64,000 nt of DNA, from assembly GCA_028534125.1 (NCBI GenBank), contig CM052816.1, forward strand, positions 97,838,001 to 97,902,000, read 5' to 3'. How positions within the stretch are numbered: position 1 is the stretch's first letter; each line of letters opens with the position of its first letter. The notes under the pieces are model-generated. The model saw only the letters and a list, made by a program, of their open reading frames with translations, had not been told where the DNA came from and did not search any database. Both the position numbers and the translations under genes were made by a program. Source of the stretch: Lama glama (Eukaryota). Of this stretch, positions 46,520 through 58,334 are shown in pieces.

Positions 46520-46930
46520 TGTCAGAGATTAGGGTCTTGCCTCGCACAGGAAAGAATTCAAGAGCAAGGCATAGTAAAGTGAAAGCAAGTTTATTTAGGA
46601 ACACACACACTCCATAGACAGTGTGGTCCACCTCACTCAGAAGGGAGAGGGGCTTAGGAGATACTCCCCAGGCAGCGCGCGGCCCGTGGTTGTGCCCTGC
46701 CCCCTTCCCACCCGTCTCAGAAGGAGCCCACCCAGCGCCGCTGGAGGGGACATCGGCCTTCCTGGAGGGGAGGGGTGAGCGTCACACTAGAAAGAACACG
46801 CTGGCCCAGCGCAGGCGTCCCTTGACTTACGCTGTGTATTTAACGTCTTACAATATAAATCGCTTTATTGGCTTTGCTCATTTGTCCTGCAGTAACCACC
46901 CCCTTCCTCATCTCGGTGGCTTACAGGAAT
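46520..46930 (-). mobile_element. ERV1 LTR remnant, MER41-like at its left end
   Basis: ctcgcacaggaaagaattcaag...atagtaaagtgaaagcaagtttattt resembles MER41-family antisense; right boundary uncertain. Confidence 0.5.
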
Positions 46931-49036
46931 GACACAGCCCACATGGGCAGCCCCTCTCCCTGGCCCTGTTCCACATCGCATCTTTATTCAGGGACCCCGG
47001 CCTGAGGAACAGCCCCATATGAGTCACACAGGGAGGGAAAAGGGAGACGCAGCCCAGCCACACCCTGGCTCTCAAGATGCTGCTGGGACGCGGTGACACT
47101 GAGTCCAATCACATCTCGCCGGCTGAAGCCGTGCTTGAAGGAGAGAAAGGATGGGATGGGGATCCTCTGGCAGAGAGGACAGAGAGCCAACGGGATAAGG
47201 AAGTTCTGATATCATCTCCTCGGGTACCTCTGGACAAAGGGTGCTGCGTTGTGTGCGTGTGCCACATCTCACCACTGGTCCTCCCCACTCAGAGTCGATG
47301 CTTCTGTAGTCCAAGCTGGTGCTGGAGTTTGCAGGGCTTGGACTGTTAAATGAAGGGCTGTTTATATCCTCAGTCTGGCTAAGTTTAAAAACAGCCATTA
47401 ACAAATAATTTCTTTTTATCATAAAAATATTTAAAACTAGTGGATGCTCTGACCTCAAAATGTCTAGGGTAAAAGAAAAATGTCAAAACCATCAAAGCTT
47501 TGCTTTGTCTTTGTGTCTGTGCCTTTCTTGGTTCTTCTGTAGAAAAATTCATCCACTCGTGCATTCATTGTGAACAAATCTACGTGAATTCCTTCTTCCC
47601 ACGTGATGGGAGCAGGATGGAGAGCAGGGTACACTGCAGGGACCCAGCCATGTGGCTCCTCCCATCAGGAAGTCAGAATGAAGACTCAGGTCATGCTGAT
47701 GGGAATTAGACACCTACCTTGGTCCTGGGGACGGTCCCACCCTTGTGAGCATAAGCCACGTGGGGGGTGGGGAGCAGGTGCTAAATGTTCTGGGTAGGAA
47801 ATCTCAGTGTGACCAACAGTGTGTGCAGCGGATGCGACGTGAGCCATCTCAGAGGGAGTTGACCTTGGGGCTGCCCCTTCTGCTGCCCCAGCTGGGGACT
47901 GGGAGAGTGTCACCCGCCCACCCTTTGACAGAACTCAGCAGGGTGTCCTGGACACGGTTGTCAACTGAATAAAAGAATTGATATTCAGCGTCCTCCCAAC
48001 TGGACCTCAGTCTCCAGACCAGCCTCACTTCCAACTATGCCCCCACCTGCTGAAGCCCAGCATCTCAGTGTTCTTGGCTCACAGCCCCCGAGCAGAGCGA
48101 GCCACAGGCTTTCTTGTTTCTGACCTGCCATTCAGGGTGCACCAGTTTTCTGGAAGGTTCTCTCACTCTTGTCTTTGCCTCTCCCAATGCAACCCAAACT
48201 TCCCAGACCCAGATCCAACCAAGATCTTGATAAGGCTTTCCTGGCCCCCTCAACCTGAAGTGTTGGAATTGGGAGGTAGAGATTCACCGTCATGGTGAAA
48301 TTACTGCGGTGATGTTGAAAATGAGTGATGGGCTTCTCTCACTGCCTGGGGTTAGGTTCCTCTTGACTCCTTGATTTTTCACTCACTAGGTGTTTCAAGT
48401 GGCCTGGAGGCTTCATCCCAGCAGGAAACTTACCTCCTGAGAACCCAAGCCCTTTGCTGGCCCCCGCACTGTCGCCGGCCGGCAGGGGGCGCTCAATCCA
48501 CACGGGTGTGACTGGTTTTCACTTCTGGGCTCCTTTGTCATTCACGGGGCAGGCGTGGGTCCTTCTGAGACTGCCAGGGACAACCCAGCATCACAAGGGA
48601 GGAAGCACCCCTAGCCGTCTTTGGGGGCAGATCTTTTAAAAGAACTACAAAAGGAGACAGCCACTGTTCACCCCTAGGTGCTCCAGGCAGCCAAGGGGGA
48701 TCTGAGGACTGAATTCTTGAATCTGTAAGTATTTAAGGAGTAACCATTCCATGCCAAGGGTGCCAGGCTCTGAGCTGGCTGCTGTCCAGACGACCTCAAC
48801 TTAGGAGAAAAGAGGGTAGTTTTTCCACACTGGCTTAAAAACGTAAGCCCTCATTAAGTGAAAATGGAAAGATTGACATGGGTCTCTTAACTAGCGCACT
48901 GGTGTTCAGTGAGCTCAGCACAGTTGCTGACATGGATTATCTGCGTGCTAAACCTTTCAAAGAAATGTCACTTAGAGTAAAAGGAGATATTCAATTTATT
49001 TTGTCTTCATCTTTGATTCAATCAAGTAATATTTCT

Positions 49037-49436
49037 GTTTTGAGATATTGTTTATTTAAAATTTTTTTATTGAAGTATAGCCAGTTTACAATGTTTTGTT
49101 AGTTTCTGGTGTACAGCATAGTGATTCAGTTATACATACATATTTTTTCCTTTTCATATTCTTTTTCATTATAGGCTATTATAAGGTATTGAATATACAA
49201 GATATTGTGCTATACAGAGGGACCCTGCTGTTTATCTATTTTATATACAGTAATTAGAATCTTCAAATTGTGAACTCCCAATTTATCCCTCCTCACCCCC
49301 TTTCCCCCCTGGTAACCATAAGTTTTCTATGGCTGTGAGTCTATTTCTGTTTTGTAAATAAGTTCTTTTCTGTCATTTTTTAAGATTCCACTTATATGTG
49401 GTATCATATGGTATTTTTCTTTCTTTTTCTGGCTTT
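49037..49436 (-). mobile_element. Short L1 3'UTR fragment
   Basis: Homologous to 41909-42300; TSD AAGTAATATTTCT (49024-49036) / AAGTAGTATTTCT (49437-49449). Confidence 0.85.
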
Positions 49437-50870
49437 AAGTAGTATTTCTAAAATTCACTCCCCTTCCTTTTGAAATGGACATATGTGCATTGTAATGAAA
49501 TACTACATTTTATTGTAAAGTTATCAAGTGATCTTGGCTAAGTTTTTTTTTCCCCCCAGAGAAGCTGACTCTTCTTAGGACAATGCACTCAGCATGTTTC
49601 AGACACAGATCATAACACATGTTTTCCACAGGACACACAGCCATGGGAGGGAGATGGAGAAATTTCCACCTTATTTTCTTGTCACTAATTTCTGAGAATG
49701 AATTTGTGAAATTTGGAGTGTCATAGGAAATGATGAATCCATTTCACATTAAACAATAAAATGACAAACGATTTTTTTTCCCCAGGGGAGTTAGAAAGTT
49801 TTGTTCCAAAAACATCTTGTTTGCAAAATACCTAAAGCAAAACAGACATGCTGTGGAGGCAAAGGCATTTCCAGAATTCAGAAATTTTAAATAGCTGTGA
49901 ACAATTATTACCAGCAGTGGCACATTATTTATAGTCTGCTAGTTAAAGTTTTTGAAAGCTAAACACATTTAAACCCGAATCACCACCCCTTAGGACCCAG
50001 CCTCCTGATGTCTAAACTGTGACGTGTAATTTCATGGGAGAAAAATGTTAATGGTAAAGTGAAGATCAATACTGGAAAACATCTTCTACGTTTGTGAATG
50101 TTTTATAAGTGAGTAATTTGAGATAAGATGTGTATACTGTTTTCAACTGGTGAAGCTTGAAAAAACAAAACCACGATTCAATGAGTTCGTGTGATTCTTT
50201 TGAGAATAATGATCAACCACAGTGAAGGATGAATTATGCATAGAATGCTCTTCCTGATTGTGAGTCATGCTGAACATCTCCTCACTCAAGTACATGCACG
50301 TATTCATACCACTTGTGTTCGTATCTCACACTTCAAACTTCAGTGCATTTTGAATTGATTTCTGTGTAAAATGTGAGATAGGAAATCTAATTCAGTTTCT
50401 CCAAATAATTAGTCATTCAAACAAGTGTTTCTCTGACTACTGTGATTGTGACATGCCACATTTTTACAAACACTTGAGTATGTTTCTAAAGTTTCTTCCT
50501 GTTCTGTTAAGTAGTCTGTTCATTCTTCAACCAGAAGAATCCCATTTTAATTATTAGGGTGTAAACTGGTATGTTTAATGTCTGGTAAGGGAGGGGTTCC
50601 TCTCCAAAACTGAATGTTATTTTACAAGAAATAAATTATCTTGCATATTCTGGTAAAGGTATTATTTCAGGTAAATCTAAGAATAATTTTTCAAGGTCAG
50701 AAAAAAACCAGTAGAGTTCTATAAATTTAATAGTATTAAATTATATTACATTTTTAGATCCTATAAATGAATTCTATTAAATTGTAGTAAATATATATAA
50801 GAATTAATGTAAGTCTTCCTACCCAGAAGAATGTTATGTCTCTTCACTTATTCAAGAATTTTATGTCTTG

Positions 50871-51017
50871 GGGGGAGGGTATAGCTCAGTGGTAGAGCAT
50901 GTGTCTAGCATCCACACGGGGTCCTGGGTTCGATCCCCAGTACTGCCATTAAAAATAAGTAAATAAATAAAAACCCAGTTACCTCTCCCCCCAAAATAAT
51001 ATAATAAATTTAAAAAA
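50871..51017 (+). mobile_element. tRNA-derived SINE of camelid type (Vic-1-like)
   Basis: A box TAGCTCAGTGG, B box GGTTCGATCC, AT-rich tail, and perfect 17-bp TSD AAGAATTTTATGTCTTG (50854-50870 / 51018-51034). Confidence 0.88.
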
Positions 51018-51177
51018 AAGAATTTTATGTCTTGAAATAAAGCACTAGTAGACACTCCACAGTGACTCTGCACATTCTTTTAAAGGTCATTGCTAGTAAT
51101 TTTTAATTGGAAATATGTGGATGATTTTTTAACATTACAGGTTATTGCTGCTATGTCAGAAAGATATTGCTCTAACG

Positions 51178-51322
51178 ACCCTCGGGTTCCCTTTCCCATC
51201 GGATCTGAACCCTAGTCTCGGCAGTCGTAAGAGGAGGGACGGTCGGGCTGGAGCTGCCCTCACAGTGCGTGTAGTCTGCTAGACAGCGTGCAGGTTAGTT
51301 TCACACGAGGTTAAAAAAAAAA
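51178..51322 (+). pseudogene. SNORA61: Retroposed H/ACA snoRNA copy resembling SNORA61 (ACA61), with A-tail
   Basis: TCCCTTTCCCATCGGATCTGAAC...GTCGTAAGAGGAGG...TAGTTTCA matches my recollection of SNORA61. Followed by A10; degenerate TSD AAAGATATTGCT (51160-51171) / AAAGGTACTGAT (51320-51331). Confidence 0.75.
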
Positions 51323-52739
51323 GGTACTGATCCCCGTGTATCAGATTGCTAACCAGCCACTCAACCTGAGCTTGTTCCCCATTAGTTTTAATAAGTTGAT
51401 TCTCTTGGGCTCTTCAGGCAATCAAACTGCCTATAAAAACAGACAAAACCGTCTCCTACTTTGCGGAATGCAGTTTTGTGTTTTTCTCGTCTTATTCCGC
51501 TGGCTAAAGTGTTCAAATCGATGATGAACCTTGTCAGTCACTGTAGGCATTTTTCTTGTTCTCGATTTTAATGGGAGCGCCCATGTTTTTTCACTGCTGA
51601 ATATACTTTAACTGCTGATTTCCAGTTGGTTGTTAGGTTTTTAAGAACATGGCATTCTATTTCTAGTTCTAGAAGCTTTTTCAAATTTACAAATGAATAT
51701 TATCCACCACCTTTTTTAATATATATCAGCAATCATGTATTCTTTCTACTTTGACCTATTTATTCGTTCAAGAATCATAGGCTAGCTTCATTTATGTTAA
51801 GTCACCTTTACATTCCAGCAATAAAACATACTCAGACATGGAGGATTATTACTGGAATAGACTACCAGACAATAGACATTACTATTTTATTAAAGTTTGG
51901 CATCTGTGAGACTCACGTAGTTTGAATAGTGATATTTGTTTCTTAAAGATTTCATGATAATGATTTGTAAATTATCTCGCTACAGCAACATTATTGAAGA
52001 CAGATTTTTGATAACTTTTAAAATTTCAAGAGTTCTTTCCTGGTTTCCTATTTCTTATCAAATCCGTTTGAGTTATTGCCTCTTTCTAGCAAAGCATGAG
52101 TGTTTTCACACGTTTCTATAGCATGAAGTTATTTTTCTATCGATTTCTTTTTTTGTATTTCTAAATAGTTACTGCCTTTTGTTTTTAAGCTGTTGTTTGG
52201 CAACTGAAGCGTCATTAAAGTTACATATTCATTCTGAGCCGTACAATCTAACAATAACGAATGACTTCCTCCTGTGCTCTGCTAAACCCTCTTCTTGCTG
52301 GTGAGTCAGCACTCCATCAGAAAAACAGAGCCACTGAGAGCATTCTGAGAACAAGGAGCTCATTTTAGGAACTAGGGCTGACAGGTGTGGGAGGGGCTCA
52401 GGGAGTGAAGGTCTGAGAAGGGGGACAGAGGATTGAGAAGCAGTCACTCACCAGCCCACTGGACGCACCAGGGCTGGGAGCTGGTGGCCATATGGGAACT
52501 CGCAGGTCCAGCCTCCAAAGGGAGACCACGGAGGGAGAGCCCCTGGCGAGGTCCAGGGAGACTTTGGCCTCAAGGGAGGTGCTGCCTCTGAGTACAGCCA
52601 CCTGTGCAGGGCCACCACCAAGTGCCTGCTGGTGACGTCCGGGCGCGATCAGCAGGGCCAGCAGGCAGGACGATGAGTGGGACTCAGAGCCAGAATTTAG
52701 CAACATGTAAACATGACAATATGTCAGCTCAAATTTGAG

Positions 52740-53625
52740 TTGATTACAATAAAAGATGTAACATTTGAAATCAATCTACCTGATTTGCCATGTTAAGATA
52801 AAAAAGAGAAAAATCGTATGATCGTCTAGATTCAGAAAAAAAGTTTATGAGATTTAACACCCATTCGTGATTTAAAAAAAAACAAATCTTGAAAACCAGG
52901 AATAGAATAGGACATCCTAATTAATGTAATAAAAAGCGTTAGTAAAAAACTTGAAGTAAACCTCTTAATGATAAAATATTGAAACTTTCCCCACAAGATC
53001 AGGAAGGAGACAACGATGTTCCACAATTCACCATCATCCTGTAGGTATTACGTATGTGACAAACCAAGAAAAATAAAGGCAAAAGAATTATAAAGAAGTA
53101 AAAAAAACACATTACTTTCTGGTGACATGATTGTATACATAGATAAGCCAAAGGAGTCTATAAAGTATTCAAATTAATAATCAAATGTAGCACAGTGACT
53201 GAATACAAAACCAATAGAGCAATGAAACCAAGCTGTAGTTCTCCACACCAGCAATAAACAAGTAGAACATAAAATCTGAAAAATGTATCATTGACAATCG
53301 CATAAAAATAAGACACAGAGAAGTAGCTATGTCAAAATATGTGCAAGAGTTTTACACTGAAAATGACGAAACATTTTCGAGGGAAATCAAAACAGACCTG
53401 TGTGAGTGGAAGGGTAGGTCATTTGCATAGACTGGGAAAGGAAAACCAGTATCGTAAGGGTCCAGGCCTCTAGACGTGACCTGTGGTTGAACCCAATCCT
53501 AGGTAAAATTCTAGCATGTTTGTGGTCGCGACACTTGGCAAGCTGATTCCAAACGTATATGGAAATGCAAAACGCCGCAGTGGCAAGAGAATCTCGGATG
53601 GGAACAAAACTGGAACCCTTCTGTG
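52740..53625 (+). mobile_element. Old L1 ORF2 (RT region) fragment
   Basis: A-rich, with L1 RT-region phrases (aactttccccacaagatcaggaa; gtgacatgattgtatacataga; aagctgattccaaacgtatatggaaatgcaaa). Confidence 0.75.
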
Positions 53626-54832
53626 CCTAGAGTCTTCCTTCAACTCTCCACCTGTTGGTATCAGCTTTTTGTAGGCGTGACTCATCAATAGTACTTGCCT
53701 GTATTTCGTTTGAAGGGATTTTCTGAAAGGTTCCTTGCTTACGCTGGGGTATTACTCTATGTACATTATTTATTCTAGTTGATAAATAATTGCTTGCTTC
53801 CATTTTCTTGTTCTTCGGATTTCTTCTAGTTCTTGGTTCTTTCTTCTCTCCTTTTAATTTTTTTTTCCTTGCTGGTGTGGAGGAGCTTTATATTTTGAAG
53901 TTGGATATCCTGACTTTTAATTCTAGAAGTTGTTGATTTTTAATATAAAATTCTGAGCTAGCCTTCTCTGATGCTCAGAGTGAAGATTTGAATGTTACTT
54001 TCGGAGTTCATCTATTGCCCCATCTCACCCGATTCCCCAAGTACACACAGGCACACATACACACGTGCACACACACACACAACCATTTGCACACAGATAC
54101 ACACACACACCCCCCACTGATTTTACCACAGTCTCCTCCTGTCCATGTCTCCACATTTAATCTGGCACCCAATACCCACTCATTTAGTTTCACTGTTTTT
54201 CAGTTTCTAAATCTCCCCTTTGGAGAATGAATTCATGATTCACGTTGAGCCCCGTGCTCACGACCTTGTGTGCGTGATTCTTCTCATCCTCAGGCTTGGG
54301 CTTTTGCTGTCTGCCCTTGCCAGCGGGAACGCATGTTCATACGACCCACTTCCATGTTCTGAGCCAAGAAAACCTGAGCATTTACTACACGCTGGAAAAG
54401 TGTACTGTGGGTTGTTTTGATCACCTCTACTGGCTACAAATTAAAGTAGGATAAACTAAAAATGACACAAAATTACAGAATAAGTGTATGGAAGCTTTTT
54501 TTTAATTTTAAAGAAAAATAATTAAAAGGGACTTCTCCTTCCAGATACGAAACAATATGGTAAAAGTGTTCCAAGTACCTTGTATCTCATAAATTCATAA
54601 GTGAAATAGAGACTGCCAAAACAGAGCCCAGAAGATGCGGAATCAAGTAAATGAAAAGAGGTGGTATTTCAAATACCCAAGGAAAAGATGAAATATTGGC
54701 CTTTCCCGGGAAAAAGAGACATTAGCATGGCCCTGAGGCAGAGGCTTCTCAAATTAGTTCCCAAATTAGTGGAGGCAGCTCTGTGTTTGGCCCCTACGAG
54801 GCAGGTGCATCTGACACTCATCTGAGCCTGTT

Positions 54833-55091
54833 GTGGGTGTGCGTGCATGTTCAAGAGGGAGTGTGAGTGTGTACGTGTGTGTGTGAATGTGTGTGTATGA
54901 GTGAGTGTGTGTGAATCTGTGTGATTATGAGTGTGAATCTGTGTGACTATGAGTGTGAATGTGTGAGTGTGTGTGAGTGTGTGAATGTGTGTGAATATGA
55001 GTGTGAGTGTGTGAATGTATGTGAGCGTGTGTGTGTATGGGTGAGTGCGTGTGAGTGTATACGTGTGAGTGTGTGTTTTGGGGTTGTGTGT
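54833..55091. repeat. Degenerate (TG)n / TGTGAR compound microsatellite
   Basis: Repeated gtgtgaat/gtgtgagt units; source of the HT-repeat pseudo-ORFs. Confidence 0.9.
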
Positions 55092-56545
55092 AGGGAGGAG
55101 GAGGAGGAAATAGCTCCACCCAAGAAGCATCTTATTTTTTTTAAGCTGAAACAGAAGTGGTGAAGGGAGGAAATGATTATATAACGTTTTAACTGGTCCT
55201 AAAACAATGGGTACTTCATTGCAAAGGCCTTTACCGTGTCCCTGCTCCTCCCTAATTCCTCAGTAGGAGCGTCCCCACTTCACAGGCAAGAAGAGTGAGG
55301 CTCAGGGGTTAAGTACTCCTCCTAAGATTCCAACCGTGGGTGACCTGAGCCCAAAGCCCGTCCCCTGAGCTTCCGGGTGGGCTGTGTGTCCGTGGCCACC
55401 CTGCCCCCGGCCAGGTTTGCTGCCCAGCTGTGCCAAGTGCGCAGATGAATGCAGTTCACAGAGGCGGGTGTGTAAACATTCAGTCACGCGTTTATCTCTG
55501 GTCTAAATTTCAGTCACGGTTCCAGTCTAAGTTTCAGCGTGGTCTAGTCTCAGGCGTACCCATGTATGACAGCGGCTCGTTTGAACGTGGCTTTTCTGGC
55601 CTCCCGTGCTGAACCGCTTTGGAGAGTCTGTCATGCAGTTTCGGGGGCGGCCCCCCGGCCGCAGCCCCGGCAGCGCCGGCCGCGGGTCAAACCGCTGGGC
55701 TTTTCAGATCGGCTGCGTGAGGCCAGCGCCGAGACGCCGCTGGCTTGTAAGTTGGGAGTCCCGGGGGGTGAAAAGGTAACGTCCGCTATTGGAGAAGAGA
55801 GCTGGCCATCTGCTGGCTCGCAGTGCTGGGGCCTGAGCAGGGCGGCGGGGACAGGACAGCCAGAAGGGGAGCCCTGTGTGGGCTCCTGGCCCTGGACGCA
55901 GACATCTCAATGTCACGATGATTCGGACGCAGGGCCAGTGTCAGGAACCCCCGAGCCGTCAGACCAGCTTTTCTTCCTCCGTCGGGATCTAGGCTTGGAC
56001 AGACATACCACTGGCCGACAGCCAGAGAGACGGGGCAAGGCCTTCACAAATTAAATTAAATTTGGTGAGAAAAATCGGACCCGCATAGCTGAAAGCCCTT
56101 GTCAGGCTGAGCTGGCCTCGGGGGTGATGAGGGGAGTAGGCGTAGGGGGCTGACCTTGGGGACAGAAAGGGGTTCCTATCAAAATTACTCAACCAAGAGG
56201 ACATGTCAGACCTCTAATGCTGTCAGACATAATAAAAAAAACTAGCTACCAGAAGGTAAGGACAATTTCTGGGTTAAAACAGTACCAGGTCATCCCCAAA
56301 TTTCTACCAACTTGACCCCAACCCCTTCCTGGGTCCTGCAGGTCTGGCCCGGCTCCTTCTCCAGCCCATCCGGTCCCCTTACACCCAACCCAACATCAGC
56401 GGCTTGGCCTGCTCCCCACCCGCCTTCGTTGGCCTGGAAGGCTCTCCCCTCCCCTCTCCGTGGCTGCCTGCTTCTCACCTGTCCTGCCTTTGCCTTAACG
56501 GCACCTTCTCAGAGCGGCCCACCCAACTCCCCCCCATCTGAGGGG

Positions 56546-56941
56546 GTATTGGGGGCTGAACTGTGTACCCCCCCAAAAAACAACTCATACATTGAGCCAT
56601 ACCTCCAGTACTTCAGAATGTGGCTGTGTTTGAAGACAGGGCTTTGAAGAGGTGATGCATTAAAATGAGGCCATGAGGGTGGGCCCTAACCCAGTGTGAC
56701 CGGTGTCCTCAGAAGAGGAGACTGGGACCCAGAGAGACACCAGGGACGGATGCCCTGAGGGAAAGCCAGGTGAGAGGGAGCGGGACCCCTGCAGGCCCAG
56801 GAGCGAGGCCTCTGGAGAAGCCCAGCCTCAGACACTTTGATCTCAGACCTCCAGCCTCCAGAGCTGTGACAGCAGGATTGCTGCTGCCGGAGCCGCCCCG
56901 CCTGGGGTGTTCTGCGACGGCAGCCGGAGCTGACTAAGGCA
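56546..56941 (+). mobile_element. MaLR LTR (MLT1B-like), near full length
   Basis: gggctgaactgtgtacccccc...taaaatgaggccatgagggtgggccctaacccagtgtgac...cctccagcctccagagctgtga. Confidence 0.82.
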
Positions 56942-58334
56942 GTGCCACCCCCACCGCCAGGCCCCGGGAGCTCCATCCCCGCCTGAATCAGACATCTGGC
57001 CCAACCTCACGTTGTCTGCGAGCGCACTGACTCAGGAGCTTCTCCCTAAGGCCTCCGCGTGAGTCAGGGCCGCCCCTCTGACTCAGCCAGAAGGCCCCGA
57101 GAGACGGCAGCTACATGGTGATGCGTCGCTCATTCTCCCCTGAGCAGGAAGGCCCAAACCTCCAACGTACAAAGATATCCCTGTGGGTTATTCAGTTCCC
57201 TGATTCCTAATCGCACTCAGCTTTGATTGATTTTTCGAAGGCACTCAGCTTATTCACGTGGCTTTGAACCTACTTTACATCCGCGATGGTGATTTTCATC
57301 CTTTTTGGAAATGTTCAGTGCAGCATTGCTTGATGTTGAATCACTTTCCCCCAACGTACTCAATTTTAAGAAGCCTTGTAACACTACTGTTGAGTTAAAT
57401 TGTTCTCAAGAGCTTTTTATGATCGTCCGAGAGGTAATTTCTGTTAAGCCCAAATGAAAAAAAAAAAAACCACAGGAATGGGAGAAGAGTTAAGCAACTG
57501 GGTTTGGAAATTGTGACGCTCAGCTCGGACTGTTTGTGGATAATTTATGTTATAGAAAATGTCTTAGGTCTTTCTTGCAATCCTTTTGAACCGTAACAAA
57601 CAGGCTCAGGTTACTGGTGTTTTGAACTTTACAAAGTGGCTGAAGGATTCTCATGACTGCCCAGGATGCTCAAGACTTCCTCCGAGAAGGCTTCCTTGAC
57701 CTTCCTGGGGTGTAGGAACACTCCTCCCCCCTCCCCAACTCTGGAGCAACCATGGCACCCTGAGGCTAACCTATCTCTGCCGTCACTCCCCCCCACCCCA
57801 GGAGGTGGTTGTGGTCTGCTTGGCCGCCTCCCTCCTCTGACTGTGGGTTCTGGCTTCCTGGTCCTCACATCTGCAGGCCCTACTGCAGGGCCAGCCCCAG
57901 CAGGCACTCAATGGACACGAAGGGTGGATTAATCCACCGGGAAACGAAGAGTAACACAGGTGGGGGTTTGGAGAGAAAGAATCTGCCATGCTAAATGTTA
58001 GCGCCCCTCTGGTCCGACCCCAAGTACATGGCAGCAGACGGAACCCAAGGAAGCCTCTGTGACTGATGGCAGCCCCCCGGGGGGCTGTGGGGTGAAAGAA
58101 GAGGAGCAGGTGGCTCCTGCTCTTCCCGCTAAAGCATGCCCGCCTCCCTGGCCTGCCTCCAACACGCCTTAGCTCAGCTGCTACACAATTCCTGAAGCCC
58201 CACCTGCCCAGGACTGTTATAAACTCTCGTTATGAATTACTCTCAAATTAAAATTTTGACCTTTTTTTGCATATATGTGGCATTTTCAAGACCTGAATTC
58301 TCTAGAAAGAATAGGATGCTTGCTCGTAAAGGTT

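Larger units (their letters stand above)
50330..52200 (-). mobile_element. Old decayed L1 (L1M-type ORF2 region), host of the SINE and snoRNA insertions
   Basis: T-rich, with L1 antisense phrases (tttttcactgctgaatatac, ttacattccagcaataaaacatactc). Confidence 0.6.

Noticed and set aside
50871..50945. tRNA-like sequence with A and B boxes
   Set aside because: It is the head of a SINE (AT-rich tail and 17-bp TSD), not a tRNA gene.
54669..55163. His/Thr- and Cys/Val-repeat ORFs
   Set aside because: Translations of the (TG)n/(CA)n compound microsatellite.
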